A stretch of DNA of 63,477 nucleotides, counting the filler, from Asterionella formosa (Eukaryota): NCBI GenBank assembly GCA_002256025.1. It is 17 parts of 17 records of this genome, joined end to end, with 100 filler letters (N's around TTAATTAATTAA, not from the genome) between each part and the next. Parts side by side here need not be neighbours in the genome. Positions count along the whole stretch, not along the records: positions 45,278 to 46,586 come from NKIB01003092.1; positions 46,687 to 47,995 come from NKIB01003093.1; positions 48,096 to 49,403 come from NKIB01003094.1; positions 49,504 to 50,811 come from NKIB01003095.1; positions 50,912 to 52,219 come from NKIB01003097.1; positions 52,320 to 53,627 come from NKIB01003098.1; positions 53,728 to 55,035 come from NKIB01003099.1; positions 55,136 to 56,442 come from NKIB01003100.1; 9 more parts are not named here. One strand, written 5' to 3'. Positions 45,278-57,849 of this stretch are shown one piece after another; position 1 is the stretch's first letter, and each line of letters begins with the position of its first letter. Below the pieces are notes generated by a model, which was given only the letters and a program-made list of their open reading frames with translations, was not told the origin of the DNA and did no database searches. The position numbers and the translations under genes were made by a program.

Positions 45278-46586
45278 CCATGGCAAACAGCATAGCCTGG
45301 TTGTAAAGGTACCGGTCGGGTTGGTGCTTGGCGATGCGGAAGGATTGGACAATCAGTGTGGGAGGATTAAATATTACCTGAAAACTTTTCGTCTCTGTCG
45401 GGAATGTGATTGTTCATACGACAAATTAGATAAACCATCAATCAAATGAAAAGTATTCTTCCCATTCATGATCCTTGGGACTTCGTCATGTTGTGGCGTT
45501 CTACCCCCTGCTCCATAACCACAGCCACCCTGTCGCGGGCCGTTGCAACGCACGATAATGGGTGATGCACCAAATTTTTCCGGTATAATAAGGGGGGAAG
45601 GGGGGGCAGCGCTTTGACTTTCACAGCCTCTCTACAGAGCTGCGACAGAAAATAATAGGGAAAAACATAGTACCACTATTACCGTACATGGCAGCCTCTA
45701 CAGAGCTGCGACAGACCATGGCAAACAGCATAGCCTGGTTGTAAAGGTACCGGTCGGGTTGGTGCTTGGCGATGCGGAAGGATTGGACAATCAGTGTGGG
45801 AGGATTAAATATTACCTGAAAACTTTTCGTCTCTGTCGGGAATGTGATTGTTCATACGACAAATTAGATAAACCATCAATCAAATGCTCTCCAGTAGGGC
45901 AAGTGGGTTATGCTGCCCTATTAGGAATGAACGACAAAACACTAATGGATGCCGTGTCACAACGTTTTATTACACCTTGCTGGTATGCGCTGGATTTTGG
46001 TGGAGATCCATTGGGAATCAATGGCCATTGCCCTCCTGAAAAGTTGCACTCAATACATGAGGGAATGATGCGTTATCTCATTCTTCTGTTCTCGGTAAAG
46101 TTCGGCACTGTTACCTCTGCTCAGGGGTTGAAAAATAGAACCGCTTTTGATACATTATTCATAAAAGTGTCAAAGATGATGCAACATCAAAGCGATCGGG
46201 ATATGCCAAGGTGCAATTTTCATGGTGGATTCCATGGATGTTTTCCAAAGATAACAGGAAATGAAACCGTTGGAGTAATGCTTGTTGCTTGTTTGGTAAT
46301 GGCTACAGACGCCGGAATCAAGCTTTGCAAGGATAAGGTTGGAATGTCAATGCAGGAAATAAAAGACATCCAAATAATTTTCGAGGGCATGGTTTGTTAT
46401 AATTCCTGGTTCAGCCAAGAAAGTTATGACGTACATCGATTGATGGAAATTGATTGTCGATCCATTGTCAAGTACTACACAAAATTAGTCAAGATTTTCC
46501 CAAGAGAAACGACAGAGCAAGGCTGGAAAATGACAAAGTTTCATCAGCAGATGCATACTGTCCGAAATATCGAACGGTTTGGCAGT
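45278..46586 (+). mobile_element. Plavaka/EnSpm(CMC)-like transposase fragment with a 171-bp duplication (45278-45448 = 45716-45886)
   Basis: VLGDAEGLDNQCGR..CRECDC, PPEKLHSIHEG, WKMTKFHQQMH...IERFGS; duplication read directly. Confidence 0.65.
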
Positions 46587-46686
46587 NNNNNNNNNNNNNN
46601 NNNNNNNNNNNNNNNNNNNNNNNNNNNNNNTTAATTAATTAANNNNNNNNNNNNNNNNNNNNNNNNNNNNNNNNNNNNNNNNNNNN

Positions 46687-47995
46687 ACAGCCAGAACAGT
46701 TTTTATTGTAGCATCACTTGCAACAGGAGCGAATGTTTCAGTAAAATCAACTCCCGGGATCTGTTCATATCCCTTTACAACCAACCGTGCCTTGTATACT
46801 GTCTTTCCAGTTATCACGTCCTCCTTAATACGGAAGACCCATCTTGTCTTAAGAGCTCTCTTGTTCACGTCATTTCTCTTAACTATTGTCCACACTCCTC
46901 TTGCTTGGAAGTTTTCAAATTCTTTCTTTATAGCTTTCATCCACTCTTTGCGATCAGGTCTTATCATTGCCTCATCATAACTATTTGGTAAACCTGGGTC
47001 CGATGCAAGACTTGCATTGAATACGAAATTTACTTCAGTTTCCTTATTCGAAGAAGCTTCCTCCTCAATCACATTTGGTAGTGAAGTGTCTGGAGGGAAT
47101 TTAACATTTTTAGTTGGATTGTACGATGAGTCCAACTTTTTCATTTCTCGTTCCAACTTTGCCTGTTGCTTCAAAACATTTCTCTTTTCTAGGTCAGAAA
47201 TTTCATCACTCCTTGAGGTAGATTTTCCTTTTTCAGTGTCTGCGGTTGATTTATCCTTGTCGTCATCATCTTCCTTGTTGTCTGAACCTTCTGGTAGTAA
47301 ATCTTCATTGTAGAAATCATCATCTAATCCATCATTATTGACTTCAGCTTCTGGTTGAACTGTTACTTTCTCTTTAGCATTGTCCTTGTAGATTTTTCCT
47401 AGTCCGTCCGTAGGTGCGTTTGTTCCATGCCACTCACTCCACTTAACATCGCGTGTATTGATTACAGTGTTAGTCTCATGATTATACATACGATACGTAT
47501 CTTGGGAGTGGTCCTCCGAATAACCCAAAAAGACACACTTGAAAGAACGTGCGTCTAATTTCTTGATGCTGTGTCTTGCAGTAACCCATCCTACGCGCCC
47601 AAATTGCTTGTATAACTTGTAGGGCCTTCTTGGATTCATTTCGCCGTAGAACATGTCGTCGGGACTTCTTTTAGTTACTGAGTTAACTGTACTATTTGTT
47701 AAACGTGTAGCTGTATGTACCGCCTCTGCCCATAATAGCCCTTGGTACTCATCTGTTAGTTTCGCACTTAGCATCATTGCTAGTGCCCTCTGTCGCACAA
47801 TGACAAAACCGCGTTCCGCTACACCATTGTGTTGTGGAGTGTGCGGGGCAGTAAATTCCATTTTTATACCGCGATTTTCACATACCTTTCTCAATTGTTT
47901 AGTATTCTCGCCTGCGTCATCGCAACGGACATACTTTGTCTTGTGACCGGCTCCGGCTAAACTTGATAGTAAAACTTCAATGACTGTTCCGATAT
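46687..47995 (-). mobile_element. Ty1/copia pol fragment: integrase core and start of RT
   Basis: VRCDDAGE, TAPHTPQHNGVAER, LWAEAVHTA, FLGYS, AIKKEFEN, TRWVFRIK, YKARLVVKGYEQIPGVDFTETFAPV. Confidence 0.93.
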
Positions 47996-48127
47996 NNNNN
48001 NNNNNNNNNNNNNNNNNNNNNNNNNNNNNNNNNNNNNNNTTAATTAATTAANNNNNNNNNNNNNNNNNNNNNNNNNNNNNNNNNNNNNNNNNNNNTTCTG
48101 GTAGACGATCACTTTCCCGCTTGACTT

Positions 48128-48272
48128 TAGGGTTCTACAGAAATATCCTCTATCATGTTCGAATATCGCCCTCCCGGTTGTCTAAAGGGTTCTGAAGAGA
48201 TAGCCATTGATTTTTCATTATTTATGTCTGGTTCTTGTTAGGGTTCTATAGAGATAGCCATTGATTTTTCAT
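48128..48272. repeat. Three ~55-bp-spaced sub-repeats (AGGGTTCT..AGA.ATA.CC)
   Basis: tagggttctacagaaatatcc, aagggttctgaagagatagccattgatttttcat, tagggttctatagagatagccattgatttttcat. Confidence 0.6.
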
Positions 48273-49503
48273 GACGTCGTGACTGTGATATCCACATTAA
48301 TATCTTTCGCCGCAAAAAGTTTGAAGTATTCATGTTTTGTCGTCCATTGAGAAATGATGTATAGCTACAATAAAACTGGAAAATCGGCGGGATCGCCAGT
48401 TAATTAGGAAGAAGAAGTGCTTTTTCACAACGTAAATGGTCACAATTTATGCTGCGACAGTTGTGGACAGAACCACGGAGATGACAGTGTCTGTATTGAT
48501 CAATTGGTTTGAAAGGCCAACAATGAGAATGTGAATATTGCTCACCTAGAATTCTCGCCATGAGTTTTTGTTGCCAACCAATATTACCCTTCGGAAGTTG
48601 TGGTAGACGACGGAACTTACTACGAAGGAAACCCTGCTGCCTAGTCATTGTTTTCGGATTTACCGCAACTTGACCTGCCACTCCTCAGGGATAACTTTTA
48701 CTCTACCTGTGCTACCAAGTGAGCGATCTTGCGCATCAATACAGATGTATATAGGGTTAGTGTTATATCATATATGTATAAGAACTCAATAATGAGAGAA
48801 CTCGACTAACCCTCATTGTACACTTTGGTGTCGACTTGGAGAACGAGTTACACACAAGGATTAACAAATAAGCTCATATATTCAACAAATACTACTACTT
48901 CTAGTTAGATACTTCACTTTGAATTCAAAAAGAGTCCAATTAGAATTAATATTGTTGATGTCCTCTCAAGTTCCAGTGGTCCCATTGATGAAGGATAACA
49001 ACATACTGTATCCTTACAAGCCAGGTCGACATTTCGAGTCTTACAGCAAAGATATGATCAATTGACGCTCAGGGGAAGCTTGTTTATTGATTTCAGTAAA
49101 TCCTGTGATATGGCTAACACATATATCTTCAGTCCAGCAGATTCCTTGCTTGTTCACCTACTGCTACAAAAGATGACTCATAGATATCGTCCTGTCTGAC
49201 TGGATGAGCGTTGCAATACACTCAGATGCTCAGTCCCACCATAACAGTCTCAACAAGAAAGTCATAGTGATGTGGCTGGAAGATTACCTTCTTCATGATA
49301 TCTCTGAGAGTCAATAACAGTGGCTGGATGCCATGATATTACTCAATAAAACATTTCAACATGTTTATAATCGACTTCGTTGCCTGTCTCAAGACCTTAA
49401 AGANNNNNNNNNNNNNNNNNNNNNNNNNNNNNNNNNNNNNNNNNNNNTTAATTAATTAANNNNNNNNNNNNNNNNNNNNNNNNNNNNNNNNNNNNNNNNN
49501 NNN

Positions 49504-50811
49504 CGATTAGCAATTGAGTACTCCGCCACCTGTATGGGGTATGATTGCTTCATATCCTTAAGTGCAACCCAAGTGGTACTCCCGTCCCTCCATTGGCACA
49601 GGAGTTGCCACCCTTGAGTCGTCTGTCTCCACCGCTTGACACCGTTAGACATTGTGATGAACGCGTCCTCTTTGTTGAGTGCTGTCGCATTCCGCCTATG
49701 ATCGATAATGTCGTCAAGAAGTACGTGTCATTCGCCCTCCTCGTCTATCTGTGAAAACAAATTCTGAGCAATAAGGTTAGAGGACAATGCCTCCGAGTGT
49801 CCGTCTATGAACTCGACCTCATACTCTCTCGTGTCAAGCAAAGGATTTTCGTGAGCCTTGCCGATAGGTCTACCATCAGCGTCGCGCAATCTCTTGGTGA
49901 CTCTGCCAAATTGAACACCGTCCAAAGGATTTTCGTGAGCCTTGCCGATAGGTCTACCATCGGCGTCGCGCAATCTCTTGGTGACTCTGCCAAATTGAAC
50001 ACCGTCATTGTCATCACCAACGCCCCTCGCTATCGCTATCTCTTTGTTGAGGTATGTATCCTCGAAAATATCGGGCGTGAAAGTGTCATCGGCATTTGGT
50101 ATTTGGTGATCGCTCACAACAATTTTTATCTCTTCGCCGAATACTGAATCGTCCTGCAGATCCGAGTATTCCTCCCAATCCTGCAATTGTTGCTCCTCCT
50201 CGTCGCCTGCATTTTGGTGGTTGTCGTCACGCATGATTTCCTTTATCCTCTCATTGTACTCCTTGCATCTGTCGTTGACCTCGCTAGTTGTCAGTTCAAG
50301 GTGATTGATATGCTGCACTGTAGTGCGTGAGATAACGCGACAAGCAATGGTTAGAATCCAATACGACAATAGGTTACCAACTCGGTGAGACACACCAAGC
50401 CAGCGCCCGAACATGTTTTCGCCAACCCCTGCATTATCCTTGTACCACACCCAATCGTAGAACCCGAAATCCAAGCATTCGGATATGTTGGGTGTCTCGC
50501 CTGTGATCTGCTCTATAGGAGTCCGACCTTCCAGCGCAAATGATGAGTTAGCAGTGAGAGACATTATTTCACACACCCACACAATTCCGTAATCCCACAA
50601 ACGCTTCGGAACCCGACGCTTCATCATTTGTCGAAACCATCGCTTTTTCACTTCACGAATGACTGACTCCGCTCGATTCTGTCGATGCTGTTTAGTTTCG
50701 CTCACGTGATGTTCAATCCCATACTTCCTTACGTTCTTAATGAATTCCGTTTCCGGTCCAGTCTGTTCCGACGCCCCGTCAGACGTGAGGTACTCAGGTG
50801 CTCCGTAATCA
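49504..50811 (-). mobile_element. Diatom-type Copia pol fragment: integrase with chromo-like C-terminal region, one in-frame stop
   Basis: QNRAESVIREVK, RLWDYGI, GRTPIEQITGETP, GRWLGVSHRVG, TREYEVEF.DG, TTQGWQLLCQWRDGSTTWV.LKDMK; 84-bp tandem duplication 49839-50006. Confidence 0.85.
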
Positions 50812-50911
50812 NNNNNNNNNNNNNNNNNNNNNNNNNNNNNNNNNNNNNNNNNNNNTTAATTAATTAANNNNNNNNNNNNNNNNNNNNNNNNNNNNNNNNN
50901 NNNNNNNNNNN

Positions 50912-51589
50912 CGTCTGTCCATCCTGACTTAGCAATGGACGTAACCTGTGAATAGAGGCCGCAAAACTTTGTCACATCTTGATTGATTGTTCCCCATCGA
51001 GCAGTGCACGCTGTTGAGGTGCGATCCTTCCCATCTGGGATAAGCTCAACATAAATCTCGAATACCCTGCTCCAAAACTTGCTTGCTTTCTGACCAGTCC
51101 CAGTGATTGCGTCTTCACTTGCAGCTACCCAGGCCCGAGAGAGTGCTTCGTCCTCTTCCTTCTCCCACGTGACACCGGAACCCATCCTGACAATGATGAT
51201 TGTTGTTTTATGATGTTGACTCAATATGATGTATACACCACACCAGGATCACATTGGCCTATAGAGTTCTACATGAAGAGACAATAGTGAATGTACTGTG
51301 ATTATGTATGCACTCATTGAACTATAAACGTTAGCTTGCCGGCGCGAGCCACAATCTAAACCAATAGAAATGCTCCTTTTTATTTGGCTACGGTCGGAGT
51401 CTAATCGACCAACTACCTGATATTTGGTCGATAAGGGGGTCATCCTCGATCAAGACCAAAGCATATTTGGTATTGGTCGATGCGGTGGCTAGAATATTTT
51501 TGCTTTTTCGACCAACACAACGCATCATGACGTGTAATGACCCGCAACTTCAATTGGATTGGTATTTGGTCGATGCGGTGGCGATGCTC
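50912..51589 (-). mobile_element. PIF/Harbinger transposon end with Myb/SANT-like ORF (ATG 51185)
   Basis: WEKEEDEALSRAWV..SEDAITGTGQK..KFW...ARW..IN..VTKFCG...SGW; terminus GAGCATCGCCACC (minus strand) flanked by TTA at 51590-51592. Confidence 0.82.
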
Positions 51590-52319
51590 TTATAGCGGTA
51601 CATAACTGAAAGCCTTTTGTAGTTTTACCATACGCAAATCCTAGAAAAGTTAGACTTCTAGTAGTAGGTACAGTACTTGCAGATATATATCCTCAGTCAC
51701 ACATCCTAAATGTCATTAATGCTCATTGCATCCAACTCCCGGAATGCAACAAATGTCCATACCGGGACCGGTAGGTTGTTTGTTGAATGATTGCGCGGTA
51801 CCGGCATAACTCCCAAGCTGGTGGTAGGTCACGACACAACAACGAATCGAATGGATTGCTTTGAAAATTGTTAATAGGAATATACCACACACCACTTGTG
51901 ATTTCCCCGCTTAGAAATGGAATGATGATTAGTTCGCATCATGGTTTCTAAATGTATGTACCGGTATATGTATTGAGTGAACTGACTTACGGGTACTAAC
52001 TGGGAGGTACTTAGTGTTACGGTATATCCTTTAACATTTATGAATAGTCCACAGCTGCACAGTCTACCGGTATATGCATATTCTTCTAAATAGCCAACCT
52101 AATGCCATAAATGGAGGAAGTGACCACGTACATAGGGCGACTCGGACATAAAACAAGCTCTGGTCATCGTGACATTTACGTATGCTTGTACATAGAAATA
52201 CATTTTTGGACTACCGGTANNNNNNNNNNNNNNNNNNNNNNNNNNNNNNNNNNNNNNNNNNNNTTAATTAATTAANNNNNNNNNNNNNNNNNNNNNNNNN
52301 NNNNNNNNNNNNNNNNNNN

Positions 52320-53627
52320 GGATATGAATACAATTCACAATGTTATCACAAAACCCGAATACATTAGCGCATACAACACTCACAAGAAAACATTGCGCGA
52401 ATCCCTAGAATTAGCTTGGAGACAACATAACCTACAAACATTGCAATCAGAAATATCAAGGCAGGCATTGTCAGAAGAAGAAAGAAAAGTAGTCGCAACA
52501 GCAACCCCACACCACCAGGGGAAGACACTGCAACCAAGACAAGTTCCTGAACAACAATATGCAAGCAATAACAATGTTGAGCCTGACCCAGAGGAACCAC
52601 TTTCCAAGAACTTTGACGCTGCATTATATGCACAATCTGTAGCTATGAGGAACCTAACAAATCCTAGTGGCTATAAACCAACGGTAATTACGAAAGAACA
52701 GCGAGTATTGCCGCGGACAGGTTTTAGTTCGAAAATTCGATGGAATGGACAAAGGGAAACGTTTGCAAGTTTTCAAGTTGCCTTTGAAGGCCAACTGTAT
52801 ATGTCGCAATGCGGGTATGCAATATCACCATCCTTTGTTCAAGCATATGTGTCAAAAAAAGAATCATGTTTAGATGACTTCCCCGAGATAGGAATACACC
52901 TTCAACAACTAAAAGCAGACAGTGCATACATATTTGGAGCAATAATGACTTCGTGTAATGGCGCAGCAATAACACATCGGATGCTAGAACGTCATAGAAC
53001 TACACAAGATGGGATACTGGCTTGGCATGAATGTGTAAATACATATATGTTGGGAGGAACAAAGAAATTACAAATGGCAGCACATGAACAAGTTATCCAA
53101 ACTAAGTATTACCCTGGTTATCATAATGGCATTGTGGGTTTTGTTGACGACTACCGGGGCGCATTCAATGGACTTTTTGGTTTGCAACGCATTTATACAG
53201 ATGCAGAAATGACAAATAAATTGCTTAACAACCTTTGGACACCAGAGCTTAGTACCATCATTGATACATGCACAAGCAAAGGATTCAGTTTCACAGAAAC
53301 CTGTAACCATATACAAGACTACGGAATAAGGGTTGCAGCTTTTGAAGCTATGAATAGTGCATCAATGGCACAAACAGTGGTATCATCTGATCGACGCACC
53401 TTCGATACAACAAGTGATATGACAGTCAGACAATTGTTAAACACTATGGTACAACGACGACAGAACCGTAATCCCAACCAGTACCCAGATGACCTTATGA
53501 TACCCCGTACCATATGGCGACAGTTGACCCCAAGTGCAAGAAGTGAAATTCAACACGTAAGAGATACTATCATGTCATCCAACAGTATCCCACCATCAGG
53601 AAGTTCCATTACCAATGATACTACTAC
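52320..53627 (+). mobile_element. Probable gag-like ORF of an LTR retrotransposon (partial)
   Basis: Open frame across the whole repeat-sized contig; WNG..ETF..F..AFEG and QDGILAW segments resemble Copia gag. Family call is inference. Confidence 0.5.
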
Positions 53628-53727
53628 NNNNNNNNNNNNNNNNNNNNNNNNNNNNNNNNNNNNNNNNNNNNTTAATTAATTAANNNNNNNNNNNNNNNNN
53701 NNNNNNNNNNNNNNNNNNNNNNNNNNN

Positions 53728-55035
53728 GAGACCGCATCACTCAAGTGGATGTGAAGTCAAATATGGGGTGAAAATCCCCAGGACGGTAGGAGAAGCTATT
53801 GCCCTGGACAAGCTTAATGGTGATGACCTGTGGCACCAGGCAATAAAGAAGGAAATTGGTGCTCTCATGGAGATGCAAACCTTCAACATTCTTGGACCGG
53901 ACGAATCTAAATCCTTCAAACGGGATGGATTTCAGTACGCTCGACTGATGATGATATTTGACGTCAAGCAGGATTTACGGAGAAAGGCCCGACTGGTTCT
54001 AGGAGGTCACATGATCGATGCCTCGGGACACGATACATACGCGACCAACATGAAAGGAATCAGTGCCAGAATCCTCATGCTTATTGCAAGTGCAAACGAA
54101 CTCAGGGTATTAACAGGAGATATAGGGAATGCGTATTTGTATGCCAGCACAAATGAAAAGATATTCTGCAGGCTAGGAGAAGAGTTCAGCATAGCAGGGC
54201 ATGGGGCAACTGGAATGATTGCAGTGCTTGAAAAGGCACTGTATGGCACCAAGAGCGCAGCAAACCGATGGCATGCACACCTAGCAGACACCCTACGATG
54301 TATGGGTTTTGCAACAAGCAGATATGATGCAGACATTTGGTACCAAGCACGTAATGATGGCTCTGGCTATGATTACATCGGGACACATACTGATGACCTG
54401 ATGATAGTGGCAAAGAACCCGGAAAGGTACTTTGAGGTGTTACAGGAGAAGTACACGATAAAGAAGATTGGCCCACCTACATTTCACTTGGGATGTGATT
54501 ACGTAAGGGGACCAGATGGCAGATGGAGCATAGGAACAGAAACCTACGTCAAGGAAACCTTGGAGAGAGTGAAAACCATGCTAGGCCGGAAGGACCTTGG
54601 CAAGGATGACACACCAATCTCACCAACATTCCATCCAGAGCTAGACAATTCACAACTATTAGATGTCGACCAACACAGGTTATACCAGCAACTAGTTGGA
54701 ATAGCCCAGTGGTTGATAACATGTGGTAGGCTTGATCTTTGCTATGCCATTTCGTCTTTAAGTCGATTCAGCTCTGCACCGCGGATAAAACATCTAAATG
54801 CACTGGAGCGAGTATTCAAGTATATCAACAAGAATAGAGCACTGGCGATTAAGATAAATCCGGAAAACTATATCTTACCAAAGCATGACATCATGTACGA
54901 GGGCGCAGATTGGACTGAGCAGTACCCGGGGGCAATCGAAGAAATGGATGAGAAATTCCCTACTCCACTAGGAAAGGAACTTAGCACAACCATATACTTT
55001 GATTCAGACCATGCCCATGATCAGAAAACGAGACG
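53728..55035 (+). mobile_element. Diatom-type Copia reverse transcriptase and start of RNase H
   Basis: KYGVKIPRTV, MIFDVKQDLRRKARLV, GDIGNAYL, KALYG, HTDDLM, YQQLVG, YFDSDHAHD. Confidence 0.92.
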
Positions 55036-55135
55036 NNNNNNNNNNNNNNNNNNNNNNNNNNNNNNNNNNNNNNNNNNNNTTAATTAATTAANNNNNNNNN
55101 NNNNNNNNNNNNNNNNNNNNNNNNNNNNNNNNNNN

Positions 55136-55623
55136 ATTCTGATTAGAACGCATTTCATTTTCATATCGCTCGCTCGTTTCTGCATTTGGCATACTGTACT
55201 TGAATTAACTATTGAACTTGTCCGCATCTTTGATACCATCAAGAGAGCGAAAGCAAGTGGCTTTTTTCTTTGTTGTTTGCTCGTAGGAAGAATTTGATAT
55301 CTGTATCATCATTTGCTTGTTGGAATTGTCCGTTGCGTCAAACTTGCTTGGCGTGCTGTGCGTGCACACACTATCGACTTGTTTTCAATGGTATGTTGTT
55401 CTTGTATTCACTGTTGAACTTGTCCGCATCTTTGTTACCATCAATAGAGCGACGCAGACGAAGTGGGTCTCTTCATTGTTGTTTGCTCCTGGAAAAGTCG
55501 GTGTCCGTGTCCCTGTCCGTGTCATCCTCATCAATAGAGAGACAAGTTCTTTCGTTGGAAAAATTGGTACTCCTGGTATCATCATTCGCTCGTTGGAACC
55601 ACTGTCCATTGCCTCAAACCTGA
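55136..55623 (+). repeat. Dispersed repeat with internal sub-repeats; inverted copy at ~60764-61128
   Basis: tcgctcgctcgtttctgcatttggcatactgtac... matches the reverse complement near 61128; tgaacttgtccgcatctttg.taccatcaa occurs twice per copy. Confidence 0.8.
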
Positions 55624-56270
55624 TTAGCGTTTGAGTACCGGTACCCGGTATGTGCACTCTCGACTTTAGTACATTACAGGCGGAGTGACTTCGCTACTAA
55701 ATTGCGTGATATAATAATATACCCTGTAGCACGATGCAGAATACAGTTGCTTCCCAATCATCTCATTATGATTGATAAGATCATACTGTGATATCATGAT
55801 AAGGTTACATCGATACATACATCACCAAAGTATGATACGTAATATTGAATAAAGTACATCACATAGCTATGATACATTGATCATAGAACTATGATAATTT
55901 TATAAAATGTTTATGATATAATTTTGATCAAAATATGATCATGTAAAAATAGTACAATGACAATAAAATACGATAAAATATGTATGCAAGTGTTATCGAT
56001 ACATCACAGAATATAAATCAAGCAATCATAAAGTATGTTAATTAATATATATGTTTGTCGTTTAATATATACAGTTAAAGTCAACAGTTAATATGATAGT
56101 ATTATACAGTGGATAGGATCTAAGTATACGGATGCGTTGATATGTACATCACTATAATATGATTTGTGACATGATGGATTGATGCATATCACATACCGGT
56201 ATCCACACAACCAGCTATCACGTTCATTGTCGTGTCGTCTTTCCTTGTTTTAGCTATACCGGTATATATG

Positions 56271-56441
56271 CTCAGATCCGTTCCATTGCAAATCTTCCTT
56301 CAATAGGTCAAACTCGTCATCCTTGAGCATTTGCCTTCCAGTGGCATCGTAGGACTGAAGCGCGTCCAGAAAGATACGCTCCTTTTCGGCTACTGTGAGA
56401 CGAATGAGTTCCCCACTTTCCGGATCGACGACACAGTATTC
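56271..56441 (-). pseudogene. PGRL1: PGRL1 (PGR5-like 1) gene fragment
   Basis: Translates as EYCVVDPESGELIRLTVAEKERIFLDALQSYDATGRQMLKDDEFDLLKEDLQWNGSE, matching the PGRL1 N-terminal pattern; similarity ends and a stop follows. Not in the ORF track. Confidence 0.75.
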
Positions 56442-56987
56442 CNNNNNNNNNNNNNNNNNNNNNNNNNNNNNNNNNNNNNNNNNNNNTTAATTAATTAANN
56501 NNNNNNNNNNNNNNNNNNNNNNNNNNNNNNNNNNNNNNNNNNTCAGTAAGGCACTGCCTCGCACACAATTCAGAACAGAGGAAGAAAGAGCGAGAAAGGA
56601 ATATACATTGAGACAAGTGGAGAGGTGAGAAACATTCCTCGGCTAGCTGTCGAAACAGAAATATCATTGTTAAATTTGATAGTTAAATTAAGATCTGTTC
56701 CAATCCTTTTTTAACAATCCTTGTAATTAGAAATATGATCATGTTTAAGATAGATATACGATGAAACAATTCAAAAGATAGCATAAAGTTTAGCTGATTT
56801 TAGGATATGTTGTAGTTATAATTTACAACGGGCGATCACGAGAAGTGAAAATAATATGAGAATGTTTATGATATTGACGAGAAATGTTGTTGATCAGTTT
56901 ATATACATTGTGTGATGATAATGCTCTTATTATCATAATACTTCAAGGTCGGTAAAATATTAATAAATCATCATAGATACAAGTTAC

Positions 56988-57066
56988 CTTGATCATATTT
57001 TTGATCCAAAAATTATCATATATACGAAAATCCTGTGCCACTTAGCGTACAATACCCTTGATCCTA
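56988..57066 (+). repeat. Dispersed repeat end shared with ~58821-58896
   Basis: ttgatcatatttttgatccaaa...aaaatcctgtgccacttagcgt.caatacccttgatccta in both contigs. Confidence 0.8.
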
Positions 57067-57067
57067 T

Positions 57068-57849
57068 ATGCATGATACTTTTTATTTGCTGACGCCCTAC
57101 TATGGCATTGGAAGAGACAAGCATTGGACCCGAAATGTTGGTCAATTGGTCAAACTTGATTTTTTTCCAAAAGTCAAGTTTATCACAGGTTATATTGACC
57201 TTGATGAAAGGGGACCAACTAGTCTGGCACTAAAATTTCGTGCTCACTTCCCAAGCCTATTCATGGGAACTGATAAGGACTTCGAGTCAATTTGGCAGAC
57301 ATACAAGAATGATATTAATAAAGTGATGTCTGAGAAAAGAAATGCCGTCGTTACCACTCTCAAACATGCCTTTGCTAGTAAGAAAACAACTTGACTTGGT
57401 ATGCCTGATTTGTTCTTGACTTGTTAAACATACTCATTGTTTACTACTAAAAAATCATTCCATTCCAATCTACAAAACTTCAGGACTTTTTTGTGATGGT
57501 ATGCACATTCATCTGAATAAGCATACCATCTCCAACAGCCGTTCTGTTTCTATTCAGGACACAGCTGATGGAGAAGGAGCCAAGAATCATCCTTTCTTCT
57601 TCCTTCTAGTTGAGTACTTATATTCCAGGGTTAGGCGAAAGCTGTCTTGGAAACGACAGTGTGCTAAGAAGCATGTCAGTGACATTGTAAGTGTTTCTGA
57701 CGAGGTTTTTTCATTGTTGGTCTTGGAGAATTGTTGGGATGTCTGGTTGCATAAGGCAATGATGAAAGGTCATGAAGATGATACTACTCCTGCACCAAAA
57801 TACGTTTATACCGGTTCTGGAGGACAGGGAAAGAGATATGGGGACTGGG
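57068..57849 (+). pseudogene. Probable transposon-associated accessory ORF fragments
   Basis: FFPKVKFI and VSVSDEVFSLLVLENCW...PKY...YGDW segments, separated by a possible intron, next to a dispersed repeat. Confidence 0.4.

Noticed and set aside
48780..49403. LTR/PBS and gag start near TTTGGTGTCGAC
   Set aside because: No clear LTR termini or intact gag motifs.
52320..55035. gag-like ORF plus RT as one continuous retroelement
   Set aside because: Separated by an artificial spacer between size-sorted contigs; protease and integrase are missing between them.
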